A stretch of DNA of 64,000 bases from Eubacteriales bacterium (GCA_051868045.1 JBJDZN010000076.1:1935-65934), one strand, 5' to 3'; counted from the stretch's first letter, positions 28,779-39,031 are shown. Made by a program: numbers and translations. Notes: generated by a model not told the origin, from the sequence alone.

Positions 28779-29057
28779 ATGATTATCCTTTCTTTGGGAA
28801 GCGAAATTTGGTATTCTTCCCATATGCACATCCATTATACACCAATTCATAAAAAAAATCAAGTACAATTCGTGAATTTTATAAATTTTTTTTGAAATTT
28901 TGAAGTCAAAAACCCCGAAAAAACAAAATTTGGTGAGATTTCACAAAAGAAACGGTTCGTTTTTGTTCGTTTGGATGAAAACATGAGACGTAATATGCGT
29001 CGGATAACCCAACAAATCCGGAAAATCCTCTTGCAAAAATGACGGAAGTGTGATAAA

Positions 29058-29636
29058 ATGAGTTTGGAAAGCATTTTTTCAGAAGGCGAGGCAATCTTTG
29101 TGCATCTGTTGGGACATTTCAAGACGGTAGTCAGACACCGTCATAAGGTTTTCATTCACTGTGTCAAGGCGGGCATTCCGATCCGTGGACTGCTCCATGA
29201 TCTGTCCAAATTTTCTCCTACAGAGTTTATTCCCGGGGCAAAGTACTATCAGGGAAACCGCTCTCCCAATGAGCGGGAGCGGGAAGTTTACGGTTACAGT
29301 GCCGCCTGGATGCACCACAAGGGACGGAATCGCCATCATTATGAATACTGGACCGATTACAATCCGACGACCCGAAAAATCGAGGCTGTGAAGATGCCCC
29401 GGAAATTCGTTGCGGAGATGTTCTGCGACAGAGTGGCGGCAAGCAAGATCTACCGTGGGAAGGATTATGCCGACGGGGACGCCCTTGCCTATTTTCTGAA
29501 GGGAAGAGCACCCGTCACCATGCACCCCGAAACGGCGGCAGAGCTTCGGGAGATGCTGACCGTTCTGGCAGAGCAGGGCGAGGACGCAGCGTTTGCCTAT
29601 GTGAAGGCGTATTTGAAGGAAGAGAATAAAAAATAA
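29058..29636 (+). CDS. DUF5662-family protein (often mis-annotated as catalase)
   Basis: HDLSKFSPTEF...YYQGNRSPNEREREVYGYSAAWMHHKGRNRHHYEYW signature. The ATG at 29058 sits immediately after a TGTGATAAAAT -10-like box, so the true start may be the GTG at 29100. Confidence 0.6.
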   Translation: MSLESIFSEGEAIFVHLLGHFKTVVRHRHKVFIHCVKAGIPIRGLLHDLSKFSPTEFIPGAKYYQGNRSPNEREREVYGYSAAWMHHKGRNRHHYEYWTDYNPTTRKIEAVKMPRKFVAEMFCDRVAASKIYRGKDYADGDALAYFLKGRAPVTMHPETAAELREMLTVLAEQGEDAAFAYVKAYLKEENKK

Positions 29637-29840
29637 GATCAAGGGGCTTTTCGTGAAAAGCCCCTTGAACCCCAAAAGCTTTTATAAAAGAAAGGATGGA
29701 ACCCCAATGGGTTTCGTCTGCCGAATAAAAGATCGGTGATTGAAAGCGGCGTCTCTTGTTTTATCAATGCTTTTGAGGGGGTTCGGGGGACTTTTTCGAG
29801 AAAAAGTCCCCCGAACTTTTGGATGGAGCTTGTTTGAAAA

Positions 29841-30080
29841 TCAAACGACTCCGACATATTTTAAGATGCAGAGTACAATTCCGATAAGGCTGTAGAGTTC
29901 CAGAAGACTGCCAATGATGCCAAAAATGACGCCAAGAATCGGGATTTTACTGAGAACTCCGATGAGAATTCCGATAACGGCGGTGACAACGATGAAAATA
30001 ATCAACTGGACGACAAACGATGTCAGATTTCCCTTTTCAATTTTAAAGGGCGTGGGCCAAAATTTCTTTAAGTATTCCAT
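29841..30080 (-). CDS. 79-aa two-TM small membrane protein
   Basis: AGGGAGG RBS and TTGAAA-17-TGC-TATAAT promoter. Two hydrophobic helices. Confidence 0.55.
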   Translation of the reverse strand: MEYLKKFWPTPFKIEKGNLTSFVVQLIIFIVVTAVIGILIGVLSKIPILGVIFGIIGSLLELYSLIGIVLCILKYVGVV

Positions 30081-30296
30081 ATGTACATCCTCCCTTCGTA
30101 TTGCAATTATAGCACATTCGACGTTGGATTTCAAGAGATTTCGGAAAAATCTCTTGATTTTTCGCTTTTGATAAAAAACTGCCGCCACCCCCTTGAAAAA
30201 AGCTTTTCGATGTGCTAGAATAGAACCGTAAAGGCATCTGCCCGATAAGGCAGCCGAAATATCAGCAAGAAAATATTATGAAGCGAGGAGATTAAT

Positions 30297-31025
30297 ATGA
30301 AGTACGGATTGCAGCTTTTCAGTGTTCGGGACGTTACCCCTACCGATCTGAGGGGAACCCTGAAGAAGGTCGCCGAAATCGGCTATCAAACCGTGGAATT
30401 TGCAGGATTTTTCGGTCATCCTGCCGAGGAGGTCCGCACATGGCTGGACGAGTATGGACTTGAGTGCAGCGGAACTCACACCGGTGTGGAGGAGATTGCC
30501 GATCATTTTGAGGAAACGGTGCGCTACCACAAGATCATCGGAAATCGGAATATCATCATTCCGGGTGCCGACCTGTCCACCGAGGAGAAACTGGATCGGT
30601 TCATCGAAACCGTAAACCGCCTGATTCCCGCCCTTGCGGCAGAGGGAATCACTCTCGGCTATCACAATCATTCCCACGAGTTCATCCCCACTTCCTACGG
30701 AAAGATCATTCACCATGAACTGGAGACCCGAACCCCTGTGGAGTTTGAGATCGACACCTACTGGGCATACCACGCAGGTGAGGATCCCTTGGCTCTCCTT
30801 GATCGGCTGAAGGACCGCATCCGGGTAATCCACATAAAGGACGGACTGAAAGACGGCAGCGCAAAGCCCCTTGGAATGGGAACGGCTCCCGTGAAAGAGG
30901 TCCATGCCAAGGCAAAAGAAATGGGTCTTTTGCAGGTTGTGGAGTCCGAGTCGCTGACCCCCAACGGACTGACCGAAGCGCAGATTTGCTTTGATTGCCT
31001 GAAGAGGTTGGATGGCGTACAGTGA
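30297..31025 (+). CDS. sugar phosphate isomerase/epimerase (xylose isomerase-like TIM barrel)
   Basis: The N-terminus MKYGLQLFSVRD and the overall pattern are typical of the AP endonuclease 2/TIM-barrel family. GAGGAG RBS. Confidence 0.8.
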   Translation: MKYGLQLFSVRDVTPTDLRGTLKKVAEIGYQTVEFAGFFGHPAEEVRTWLDEYGLECSGTHTGVEEIADHFEETVRYHKIIGNRNIIIPGADLSTEEKLDRFIETVNRLIPALAAEGITLGYHNHSHEFIPTSYGKIIHHELETRTPVEFEIDTYWAYHAGEDPLALLDRLKDRIRVIHIKDGLKDGSAKPLGMGTAPVKEVHAKAKEMGLLQVVESESLTPNGLTEAQICFDCLKRLDGVQ

Positions 31026-31492
31026 AAAACACCACTCTCTGTTATCTGGAGCGGGAAGGCTGTTATCTCATGCTCCATCGGGTCAAAAAGGTGAACGACG
31101 AAAACCACGATAAGTGGATCGGCGTGGGCGGGAAATTCGAGGATGGAGAATCCCCCGAGGACTGCGCCTGTCGGGAAGTGCTGGAGGAGACCGGGCTGAC
31201 CCTGACCGATTACCGTTACCGGGGAATTGTCACCTTCGTGTCCGATGTCTATCCCACCGAATATATGCACCTGTTCACGGCAACGGGCTTTGACGGGGAA
31301 CGGATCGACTGCCCGGAAGGGGTTCTGGAGTGGGTTCCCAAGGATCGGGTCACCGACCTGCCCATCTGGGAGGGAGATCGGATTTTTCTCTCCCTTCTGG
31401 CATCGGATCACCCCTTTTTCTCCCTGAAGCTGTGCTACACAGGCGAGCGACTGACGAATGCCGTGCTGGATGGGAAACCGATCCTGCGCTGA
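30995..31492 (+). CDS. NUDIX hydrolase (MutT/8-oxo-dGTPase-like)
   Basis: Nudix box [24 protein letters not shown]. The start may instead be the GTG at 31022, which overlaps the upstream stop codon. Confidence 0.8.
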   Translation: MPEEVGWRTVKNTTLCYLEREGCYLMLHRVKKVNDENHDKWIGVGGKFEDGESPEDCACREVLEETGLTLTDYRYRGIVTFVSDVYPTEYMHLFTATGFDGERIDCPEGVLEWVPKDRVTDLPIWEGDRIFLSLLASDHPFFSLKLCYTGERLTNAVLDGKPILR

Positions 31493-31538
31493 AAAGCAGG
31501 GAAAATCAATAGAAAATCGAGAAAGGAAACAAAAATTT

Positions 31539-32528
31539 ATGGCAAAAATCATCGGAAATTCTCTTCCGAATATTCCTTGGGAGGATAAGCCCACGGGTTG
31601 CAAGGAGCCGGTATGGCGGTACAGCGGCAATCCCATCATCGAGAGGCATCAGAATTTCAAAACCAACAGTATCTTCAACAGTGCGGTGGTTCCCTACAAA
31701 GACGGCTTTGCCGGCGTGTTCCGTTGTGACGACAAGGCAGTCCGGATGAATCTGTTTGCCGGATTCTCATCCGACGGCATCCACTGGCAGATTGATGAGG
31801 AACCGATTCATCCGGTGGGCGACGATCCTGAGGTGACGCGGTTCGAATATCGCTACGATCCCCGTGTCTGCTATCTGGAAGGGCATTATTATGTGACCTG
31901 GTGCAACGGCTATCACGGTCCCACCATCGGTATTGCCTATACCGACGATTTCAAGACCTTCCATCAGTTGGAGAACGCCTTCCTGCCCTATAACCGCAAC
32001 GGCGTCCTGTTCCCGAGAAAGATCGGCGGACTTTATACCATGCTGTCCCGCCCCTCCGATACCGGTCATACCCCCTTTGGGGATATTTACCTGTCCCAAT
32101 CTCCCGATCTGACCTTCTGGGGCAAACACCGTCATGTGTTTGGTCCGGCTCCCTTTGATCAGTCGGCATGGCAGTGTACAAAAACCGGTGCAGGTCCCTG
32201 TCCCATCGAGACAGACGAGGGATGGCTGCTGATCTATCATGGAGTTATCACCACCTGCAACGGGTATGTCTACCGCATGGGCTGTGCGATTCTCGATCTT
32301 GACAACCCCTCGGTCGTCAAGTACCGCACTCAGTTCTACATTCTTGGACCCGAAATGCCCTATGAGCAGTGCGGAGACGTGCCCAACGTCACCTTTCCCT
32401 GCGCCGCTTTGACCGACAGCGATACCGGCAGGATCGCCATCTACTACGGCTGTGCAGACACCGTCACCGGGCTGGCATTCACCACGGTGGATGAACTGGT
32501 GAACTATACGAAGAAGTATTCCATGTAA
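31539..32528 (+). CDS. GH130 family glycoside phosphorylase/hydrolase (beta-mannoside-acting family)
   Basis: No signal peptide. The pattern NPIIERHQ...[23 protein letters not shown]...YDPRV...GWLLIYHGV is typical of GH130. Confidence 0.8.
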   Translation: MAKIIGNSLPNIPWEDKPTGCKEPVWRYSGNPIIERHQNFKTNSIFNSAVVPYKDGFAGVFRCDDKAVRMNLFAGFSSDGIHWQIDEEPIHPVGDDPEVTRFEYRYDPRVCYLEGHYYVTWCNGYHGPTIGIAYTDDFKTFHQLENAFLPYNRNGVLFPRKIGGLYTMLSRPSDTGHTPFGDIYLSQSPDLTFWGKHRHVFGPAPFDQSAWQCTKTGAGPCPIETDEGWLLIYHGVITTCNGYVYRMGCAILDLDNPSVVKYRTQFYILGPEMPYEQCGDVPNVTFPCAALTDSDTGRIAIYYGCADTVTGLAFTTVDELVNYTKKYSM

Positions 32529-33016
32529 GGACAAAAGATCATGAATTTTCCCGAATCAAAACGGTGATTCGGGAAGATTTTTTTGCCCGATTTCGAATAA
32601 ATCGGAAAAATAAGGCAATCCTTTGTCCGACGGCGGATATTGTGCAGTTTGCCGATCCCGAATTTTGCTCTTAACAGGATCCGCTCCGAAAAGTCGGCAT
32701 TATTGGGGCAAATCGTGTATTGTTGTGCAATTTGTCAAAAGCGGGTCTGGCTTCAAAATCGTTATTTACGCCGATATTTGGTCGATTCACACAAAAACAG
32801 TCTTGTATAATTGTGCTAGTTGCACAATGGAATGACAAATTACCGATCAAAACTCGAGCAATACAGAGAATCGGAAAAATTTGTAAAAAACCTATTGACT
32901 TTTCAAAAAGGAGGTGCTATACTATGGGCGCAAACGAAAAGAGTCGGTCGGGTACGGTCGGCAGAAAAAATGAAATCCATCGTTTGACATAAAGATGAAA
33001 AGGAGATTTGAACAGT

Positions 33017-33253
33017 ATGATTTGCAACGGAAAGTATCTTTACAAGATCAATCTTGTAACGGGAAGCGATGTAGCTGAGTTTGTCAAGATTGCTTCGCAC
33101 ATTGACGGAAAGGTATGGCTGGTCTGCGGCGACAAGAGACTGTCTGCGAAGAGTATTCTGGGCGTACACCTGGCGCGCATGGCTTGGAACGAGATCTATG
33201 TAGAATCCGAAAATGACTGCTTCTTTGAACTCCGGAAGTTCATTGAGGACTAA
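33017..33253 (+). CDS. HPr-fold protein lacking the His15 phospho-site
   Basis: 78 aa. LSAKSILGV aligns with the HPr Ser46 region (LKSIMGV), but the region equivalent to GIHARPA has no His. GGAGA RBS and TTGACT-17-TATACT promoter at 32896..32924. Confidence 0.6.
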   Translation: MICNGKYLYKINLVTGSDVAEFVKIASHIDGKVWLVCGDKRLSAKSILGVHLARMAWNEIYVESENDCFFELRKFIED

Positions 33254-33459
33254 GACGGTTCTCAGGATCTGAAAATCACGGACAAATAGTCCGAATGGAA
33301 TAGGAACGCACCCATCACGGCAGTGATGGGTGCGTTCGTTGCAATGTGGGACGGTCAGTATGGCGTCCTGTGGAGCGGCTGCGCCGTCGGCTCCCCGGAA
33401 GAGGGGAGCCTTTGCATTTGTTTTCTTCTGTCGATGGGGGTCCTTCAGCCTGAATCGGT

Positions 33460-34803
33460 TCAGTCCGCCAGCGATCCCATGGGGTCCCAGGGAAGCAGAA
33501 CGGTGGGCTTTTCATCGAGAATCTTTGCCTTTTCCCCGAGATATTTTTTGTGAACGACCGCCTGGAAGACATATCGGTCGAACCAGGAGTCGGATGCCAT
33601 GTGGTAGCCGCCGTTGGCACCGTCGGATCCCCAACTGTTCTCGATCTTCCAGCGGTTGGGCTTGCCGTCCTCCACGTTGACGCCGGTCAGAACCATGGCG
33701 TGATTCATCTGGGAAACGTGATAGTCCAGCGACTCCTCCTTGGTCATGGTAAAGTCAAAGCCCACGAGGGAAGGGTAGTCATAGGACTTGTCGTCCCATG
33801 CCTTCTTTTCTCCGTCACCGCACTTGCCGCAGTCAGAACCGAACCAGACAATCTCGCCGTCCTCCAACTGCTTCTGTACCATTGCCTTGAACTCGTTCAT
33901 CTCAAGATTCAGATAGCGGATTTCCTTGGCTCCGGCGATGTTGCCGAGATAAGCCACGGTGTAGACCTTGTCAAAGGGCTTGTCTTTGGTGGGCGCATTG
34001 ATGATGGACACATAGTCCTCCAGCATCTCGCCGATCATTTCCTTCCGGAAGGAATCGGGGGTGTAGCCCTTTTCCAGATGGTAGTTTCCGTCCTTGTCCA
34101 CGTATTCAAAATCGAATTCCTTGGGCGGCAGAGTGTAGCACTGGCACAGGAAGGAGAAGGTCTTGTCCAGGACTTCTTTCCGCTTGTTCTCAACTTCGGC
34201 GGTATCGGCACCCGATGCGATCAGACGGCGCAGATCGCAGGCAACACGCTTTAAGTAGAAATTCAGGAACTGATTCAGTTTTCCCGTATTGGAAGACTGA
34301 TAGGTTTCGGGCATGGCATCCTTTGGGACAATGCCGTATTTACGGACGATGTTCACGAACATATCCCACTGTCCGCCGTCATGAACCCCGGTCTGGAGGA
34401 TGTAGTCCACCGTTCGGTCGCCGTCGGGCAGGGAGGCGGTGTCGATGATGGAGTCAAGGAAGTAGTTGATCCGCTCGAATTTGTCCCAGAATGCCAGATA
34501 GGACTGGGAAAGTTCGAATTTATCCAGATTCTTTTTCTTGGCGACGATTTCGCGCAGAACGTTGGTGGCGGCGAACAGCCAGCAGCGTCCGGAGGATTTC
34601 TGGTTGGTGGCGGACATGGTCTTGTTGTCTACCGAGAAGCGGAACTGCATTTTTTTCGCCTCAGTGGGATTGAATGCCAGCTCGGAAAGGTTGGTTTTGG
34701 AGAAAACATGGGTCATCGCCTGTTTGTGGGGGCAGGAGGTGTAGGACTCCTCGAAACCGGCTAGGGCATCGGGAGTAATCGGTCTTTGATTTTTCATCTT
34801 CAC
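33460..34803 (-). CDS. pepC: aminopeptidase C (bleomycin hydrolase family, C1-like cysteine peptidase)
   Basis: Active-site QKSSGRCWLFAATN and a conserved C-terminal HAMVLTG...WKIENSWG. Confidence 0.9.
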   Translation of the reverse strand: MKMKNQRPITPDALAGFEESYTSCPHKQAMTHVFSKTNLSELAFNPTEAKKMQFRFSVDNKTMSATNQKSSGRCWLFAATNVLREIVAKKKNLDKFELSQSYLAFWDKFERINYFLDSIIDTASLPDGDRTVDYILQTGVHDGGQWDMFVNIVRKYGIVPKDAMPETYQSSNTGKLNQFLNFYLKRVACDLRRLIASGADTAEVENKRKEVLDKTFSFLCQCYTLPPKEFDFEYVDKDGNYHLEKGYTPDSFRKEMIGEMLEDYVSIINAPTKDKPFDKVYTVAYLGNIAGAKEIRYLNLEMNEFKAMVQKQLEDGEIVWFGSDCGKCGDGEKKAWDDKSYDYPSLVGFDFTMTKEESLDYHVSQMNHAMVLTGVNVEDGKPNRWKIENSWGSDGANGGYHMASDSWFDRYVFQAVVHKKYLGEKAKILDEKPTVLLPWDPMGSLAD

Positions 34804-35004
34804 GGACTCCTTTCAAGTGCAAAACTGATGGCTCTATTATAGATCATTTTTTTCCATCTGTAAAGCACCTTTTCCAAAATTATCGACAAATTTTTCAGAA
34901 TACTTTGAGAATAGCGAAAAATACGGCTTGACAAACCGAAAAATCCGATATACAATAGATTTACAGTACCTGCCGCAAATGGGCAGGAAACAGGAGGAAA
35001 TGAT

Positions 35005-35973
35005 ATGATCAACGTTGCACTGATCAGCGCATGGCACGTTCATGCCGGCGAATATTTCAATCGAATCAACAATCATCCCGAGGCGAAAATCACCGCAGTC
35101 TGGGATGAGAACCCCAAACGGGGCAGAGAGTGGGCGGCAAAGGGAAATGCCACCTTCTATGAGGACTACGACGCCCTGCTTGCCGATCCGTCCATCGACG
35201 CAGTGGTCATCACCTCGCCCACCAATCTTCATTGCGAACTGATGGTCAAGGCTGCAAAAGCAGGCAAGCATATCTTCACCGAAAAGGTGGTTGCCATTAC
35301 CCCTGAGGAGGCAAGAAAAATCCGGAAAGCGGTCAATGAATCCTGCGTTCACTTTACCATCTGCTTTCCCCATGAGGCGGAGCGGCAGTTCCTGGCAATC
35401 CGGCAGATCATCGACTCCGGATGTTTGGGCAAGATTACCTATGCCAAATTCCGCAAGGCGCACACCGGTTCCATTGACAACTGGCTGCCTCCTCATTTCT
35501 ACGATAAAGAAATGTGCGGCGGCGGTGCCATGATGGATCTGGGAGCCCATCCCATGTACCTGCTGCCCTGGATTCTGGGCAAGCCCCTGAGCGTTTCTTC
35601 CATCTTTACCGACATGACCAACCGCGGGGTTGAGGACAATGCCGTGTCGGTGATTGAGTTCGAGGGCGGTGCAATCGGCGTCTCCGAGACGGGATTCGTA
35701 TCCTGGGGCAATCCTCTGGTCTTCGAGATCAGCGGAACCGACGGCTGGCTCCTCATGACCGACGGAGATGTCAAGTATCACACCCGCACCTCGGGTGACT
35801 GGATCATCCCCGAGCTTCCGGCTCCCGGAAAACATCCCATCGACTACTTCGTGGACAGTGTGGTAAATAACACGCCCAATACCCTCTATACCATCGACGA
35901 GGCAGTGGCTCTGACCGATCTTATGGATGCGGCATATCGGTCCGCCGAAAAGGGAACAAGAGAGAACGTATAA
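35005..35973 (+). CDS. Gfo/Idh/MocA family oxidoreductase
   Basis: The N-terminal Rossmann region and an EKV/EKP-type motif (FTEKVVA) support the family. 322 aa. Confidence 0.8.
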   Translation: MINVALISAWHVHAGEYFNRINNHPEAKITAVWDENPKRGREWAAKGNATFYEDYDALLADPSIDAVVITSPTNLHCELMVKAAKAGKHIFTEKVVAITPEEARKIRKAVNESCVHFTICFPHEAERQFLAIRQIIDSGCLGKITYAKFRKAHTGSIDNWLPPHFYDKEMCGGGAMMDLGAHPMYLLPWILGKPLSVSSIFTDMTNRGVEDNAVSVIEFEGGAIGVSETGFVSWGNPLVFEISGTDGWLLMTDGDVKYHTRTSGDWIIPELPAPGKHPIDYFVDSVVNNTPNTLYTIDEAVALTDLMDAAYRSAEKGTRENV

Positions 35974-36084
35974 CCCTTGATTGTGAAAAATGCACAAAAA
36001 TGAAGGCTGTATTTTGTACGCTGATCAGACAAAAAGTTCAAAAAAACTCTTGACTTTCCGAAAAAGTTGAGTTATAATAAAAGC

Positions 36085-36199
36085 GTAAGAAGGTTCAATC
36101 GAACCGACGGCGGGAGTTTTTTTCATTTTCCTCCCCCGCTCCTTTCATTTTCTTTCCTTTCCGGACATCCCCCTGCGGTAACCCGCAGGGGGATGTTTG
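36085..36199 (+). ncRNA. candidate small RNA (promoter-to-terminator unit, CU-rich core)
   Basis: A-rich UP-like tract, TTGACT (36050..36055), 17 nt, TATAAT (36073..36078). About 110 nt downstream is a 14-bp GC-rich hairpin (36065..36096 in last-five-digit notation, i.e. 36165..36196). No ATG or RBS lies in between, and no downstream plus-strand gene exists. Confidence 0.4.
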
Positions 36200-36302
36200 G
36201 AGTTGTTGGAGCAGAGCCGTGCGGTCAAAATGCCCGCTTATGAAGTCCCGATAATAAAAAATCGGAGGTGGTTTCCCATCCTCCGATTTTTTGCGTTAAG
36301 TT

Positions 36303-38885
36303 TTATTTTGCAATCAGCATGGGCTGATCGTTGACGACCGTCCACCCACACAGATCAGATGCCGACAGTCCTGCCTCGGATGCCACGCTGCTCAGACTTC
36401 CGTTCAGCGCATTGACCGCCGTCTGCGCACCGCTTCTGCTGCGGTCAACAGAGGTTTCCTCCCGATCCAGCCGGACATCGGCAGTGCCGTTGTCAATGTC
36501 GTTGGCATAGAAATTGGCGGAAAACGTGCCGTTACGGTCGGCATACCAGACATTGATGGGACCGGTCAGACTGGGTGACGAGAGGCTGCCTCCGAAGTAG
36601 CATCCCGAAATCACGGCAGATGCCTGATTGGATGCGGTGATGCCACCGGCATTTCCGCCGGTGGAAACTACCTCTACAAAGGAAATGCAGTTGACCAGAA
36701 CTCCGCCGGTACGGACACTTCGGCAGAGTCCGGCGGTAATGCCGCTGTTCTGAACCCTGCCCTTTGCCACCACATTGAAGACCTTTCCCGTCAGGTAGGG
36801 GAAGATACTGCTGTCGGTGCCGGTGATGTCAACCGTGATGCTGTGTCCGGCTCCGTTATAGGTTCCGGCAAAGGTGCAGCCGGAACCCATTCCCGTATAC
36901 CCCTTGACGCCGGTCATGTCGATGTCGGCGGTCTGGATAAAGGTTTTCCCACTGAAGGTCTGACCGGAAAGGACGCAGGCGGTGAAATTCAGAAAATCTG
37001 CGGCAGAGGTGACCTTGTAGGGATCCTGTGCGGTGCCGCTGCCTGTAAGGGTCAGTTCACCGGTGAAAGAAAAGGTCGGGGCATTCCAGTATTCATCCAG
37101 CCAGTCGATGCGGTTCGCCATCCAGTTTGCATAGTATTCGTAATGCTCCTTGTAGGAACTCAGGGCACGGATGACGGCGGTCTCACGGTTGATCTTCTGA
37201 CCGAAGATGGGCCAACGCTCGAAATTGCGGCAGTAGGAGTTGTAGCCCGCTTCTGCCTGGGCACGGATCATATCGGGGATCGTGTCGATCTGCCCCTTCA
37301 GCTCGTTCCAACGGGCGGTGATTTTTGCCTTGAACCATCCGTACTGTAATAAGGTTTTGAACCACGTGTTGGTGATGCCGGCACGGAGATCGTAATAGTT
37401 TTCGCAGCCCTCGTCGGCATTTCCGCCCGATTGGTCAAAGTCCCAGATGGGACCGAAGGTCAGCTTGCCGTCCTTGTCCTTGTACATGTAGAAGGAATCC
37501 CATCCGGCATCCAGATTCTTGAAAAGCTCCTCCACCAGATAGGTGTCAACCACCGAATCCATGTCGATGAGCTGCTCGATCGTCGCCTGATCGCCGCTTT
37601 GGACGGCATACCAGCATTGCCATAGATAATCCTCGATGTATGCACACTGACGGTTGAACAGATTGGCGTCGGTGGACAGATCGGAAATGATCTGATACTT
37701 GGTTCCGTTGACAACGAAGTAGGGGTCCTCCGCATAGCCTGACAACTCGATCAGGTAGCCTCTCTGATCGGGTTCTGCCTCAATATCGTCGTTGATGTTG
37801 ACCCGATACTCGTTGACCTGATTCTGCTCGCAGAGCAGGAAAACGCCCCGGTATTCGCCGTTCAGGTAGACTTCCACGCTCCTTGCGGCGGAATTCCATG
37901 CGATGCCCGACAGACTTCTGGCAAAATTCAGGGTGGTGTAGTTGCGCAGCAATGCCTGATCGCAGTGATCGGCAAGCAGGGTCCATACCTTGCACTTTCC
38001 GTTGCCCTCACCCAGAAGATTAACCTTTTGGGACAGCTTGATCTTGTAGGGGACCTTACCGTTCGGTGCCTGGGAACTCCAGGTGTAGTTACCCCGTCCC
38101 CGGATCTCCATGGCGAGGTTGTCGATCAGATACTGGTCCTCGGTGTTCAGAACCGAGATCGTTCCTTCAATGTAGACTTCCTTGGAGGTGATGGCGGCAC
38201 CGTTTTTAGTGGTCAGATAGAGGATAGGCAGTTCCAGGGCGTCGATTTCGAAATTGGCAACCAGATTCTGATTTTCGGTAAAACTCTCCCCACTGCGGGT
38301 GGCGGACTGTACGCCGTCGCTCCAGCCGGTGAACTTATAGCCCAGCTTGGGGGTGGCGGTTACCGAGGAGGTTGTGGACTGTCCGTATCGGATGGTCTGG
38401 TTTACCGTGCCCGACAGCGTTCCCCAAAGGGAATTGTTGACGCTGTATTTCACCGTGACTGCCGTTCCGACGGCAGGCTCCTGTACGGTTGGCTTCTCCG
38501 ATGTGGTGGTGACGGGAGTCGTGACGGTCACTTTCTGCGTGGTTGCCGCAGGTGAGGTTGCCGCAGATGAAGTTCCTTCGGGCGTGGTTCCTTCGGGCGC
38601 GGTGGTGATCGCAGGAGTTGTCGTAATGGACGGAACGGGAGTCGTCTGTGTGGAGGCTTTCGTCGGAACCGTTGACTCTGCCGTTTGACTTTCCCTTGTG
38701 GAGGGCTGGGACGTGGAATCCGTCGTGCTGCTTATTGTGGGATTCTGACTGTCCGTAAGGACGGTTGACTGTGCGGTCTGATTGTCCTCTGTGCCTGCCG
38801 TCTCTTTAGGTGAGCATCCGAAGAGGGTGAGCGACAGAAGGAGTCCCAGACCGAGAAAAAACAGGGGTTGGAATCGTTTCATCAT
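36303..38885 (-). CDS. CotH kinase family lipoprotein with InlB-B-type repeat and C-terminal Gly-rich adhesin-like module
   Basis: Lipobox LTLFGCS, a Thr/Ser/Pro-rich linker, and a B-repeat (...PKLGYKFTGWSDGV). The CotH core has YKIKL, KVWTLLADHCDQALLRN, YLNGEYRGVFLL and GPIWDFDQSGGN. The C-terminus has TFAGTYNGAGHSITV...STGGNAGGITASNQ. Confidence 0.85.
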   Translation of the reverse strand: MMKRFQPLFFLGLGLLLSLTLFGCSPKETAGTEDNQTAQSTVLTDSQNPTISSTTDSTSQPSTRESQTAESTVPTKASTQTTPVPSITTTPAITTAPEGTTPEGTSSAATSPAATTQKVTVTTPVTTTSEKPTVQEPAVGTAVTVKYSVNNSLWGTLSGTVNQTIRYGQSTTSSVTATPKLGYKFTGWSDGVQSATRSGESFTENQNLVANFEIDALELPILYLTTKNGAAITSKEVYIEGTISVLNTEDQYLIDNLAMEIRGRGNYTWSSQAPNGKVPYKIKLSQKVNLLGEGNGKCKVWTLLADHCDQALLRNYTTLNFARSLSGIAWNSAARSVEVYLNGEYRGVFLLCEQNQVNEYRVNINDDIEAEPDQRGYLIELSGYAEDPYFVVNGTKYQIISDLSTDANLFNRQCAYIEDYLWQCWYAVQSGDQATIEQLIDMDSVVDTYLVEELFKNLDAGWDSFYMYKDKDGKLTFGPIWDFDQSGGNADEGCENYYDLRAGITNTWFKTLLQYGWFKAKITARWNELKGQIDTIPDMIRAQAEAGYNSYCRNFERWPIFGQKINRETAVIRALSSYKEHYEYYANWMANRIDWLDEYWNAPTFSFTGELTLTGSGTAQDPYKVTSAADFLNFTACVLSGQTFSGKTFIQTADIDMTGVKGYTGMGSGCTFAGTYNGAGHSITVDITGTDSSIFPYLTGKVFNVVAKGRVQNSGITAGLCRSVRTGGVLVNCISFVEVVSTGGNAGGITASNQASAVISGCYFGGSLSSPSLTGPINVWYADRNGTFSANFYANDIDNGTADVRLDREETSVDRSRSGAQTAVNALNGSLSSVASEAGLSASDLCGWTVVNDQPMLIAK

Positions 38886-39031
38886 GTGACTGTGCCTTTC
38901 TGCGTAAAAAATGGAGTTAACCTATTGCTAACTCCATTTTAACATATTGATATGAACATTTTATGAATGATCGGCGGGATTTGGAAAAAACTGTTCTTTT
39001 TGCGCCGGTTTATTACCGAAGATAATGCCCT

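Noticed and set aside
29642-29817. Similar hairpins GGGGACTTTTTC...GAAAAAGTCCCC at 29786..29811 and 55289..55311, plus CAAGGGGCTTTTC...GAAAAGCCCCTTG at 29642..29669. I considered them as a possible REP-like dispersed element.
   Set aside because: They share only the generic GC-clamp plus A/T-tract layout of bidirectional terminators, and they sit exactly at convergent or tail-to-tail gene ends. Two loose copies are not enough to claim a repeat family.
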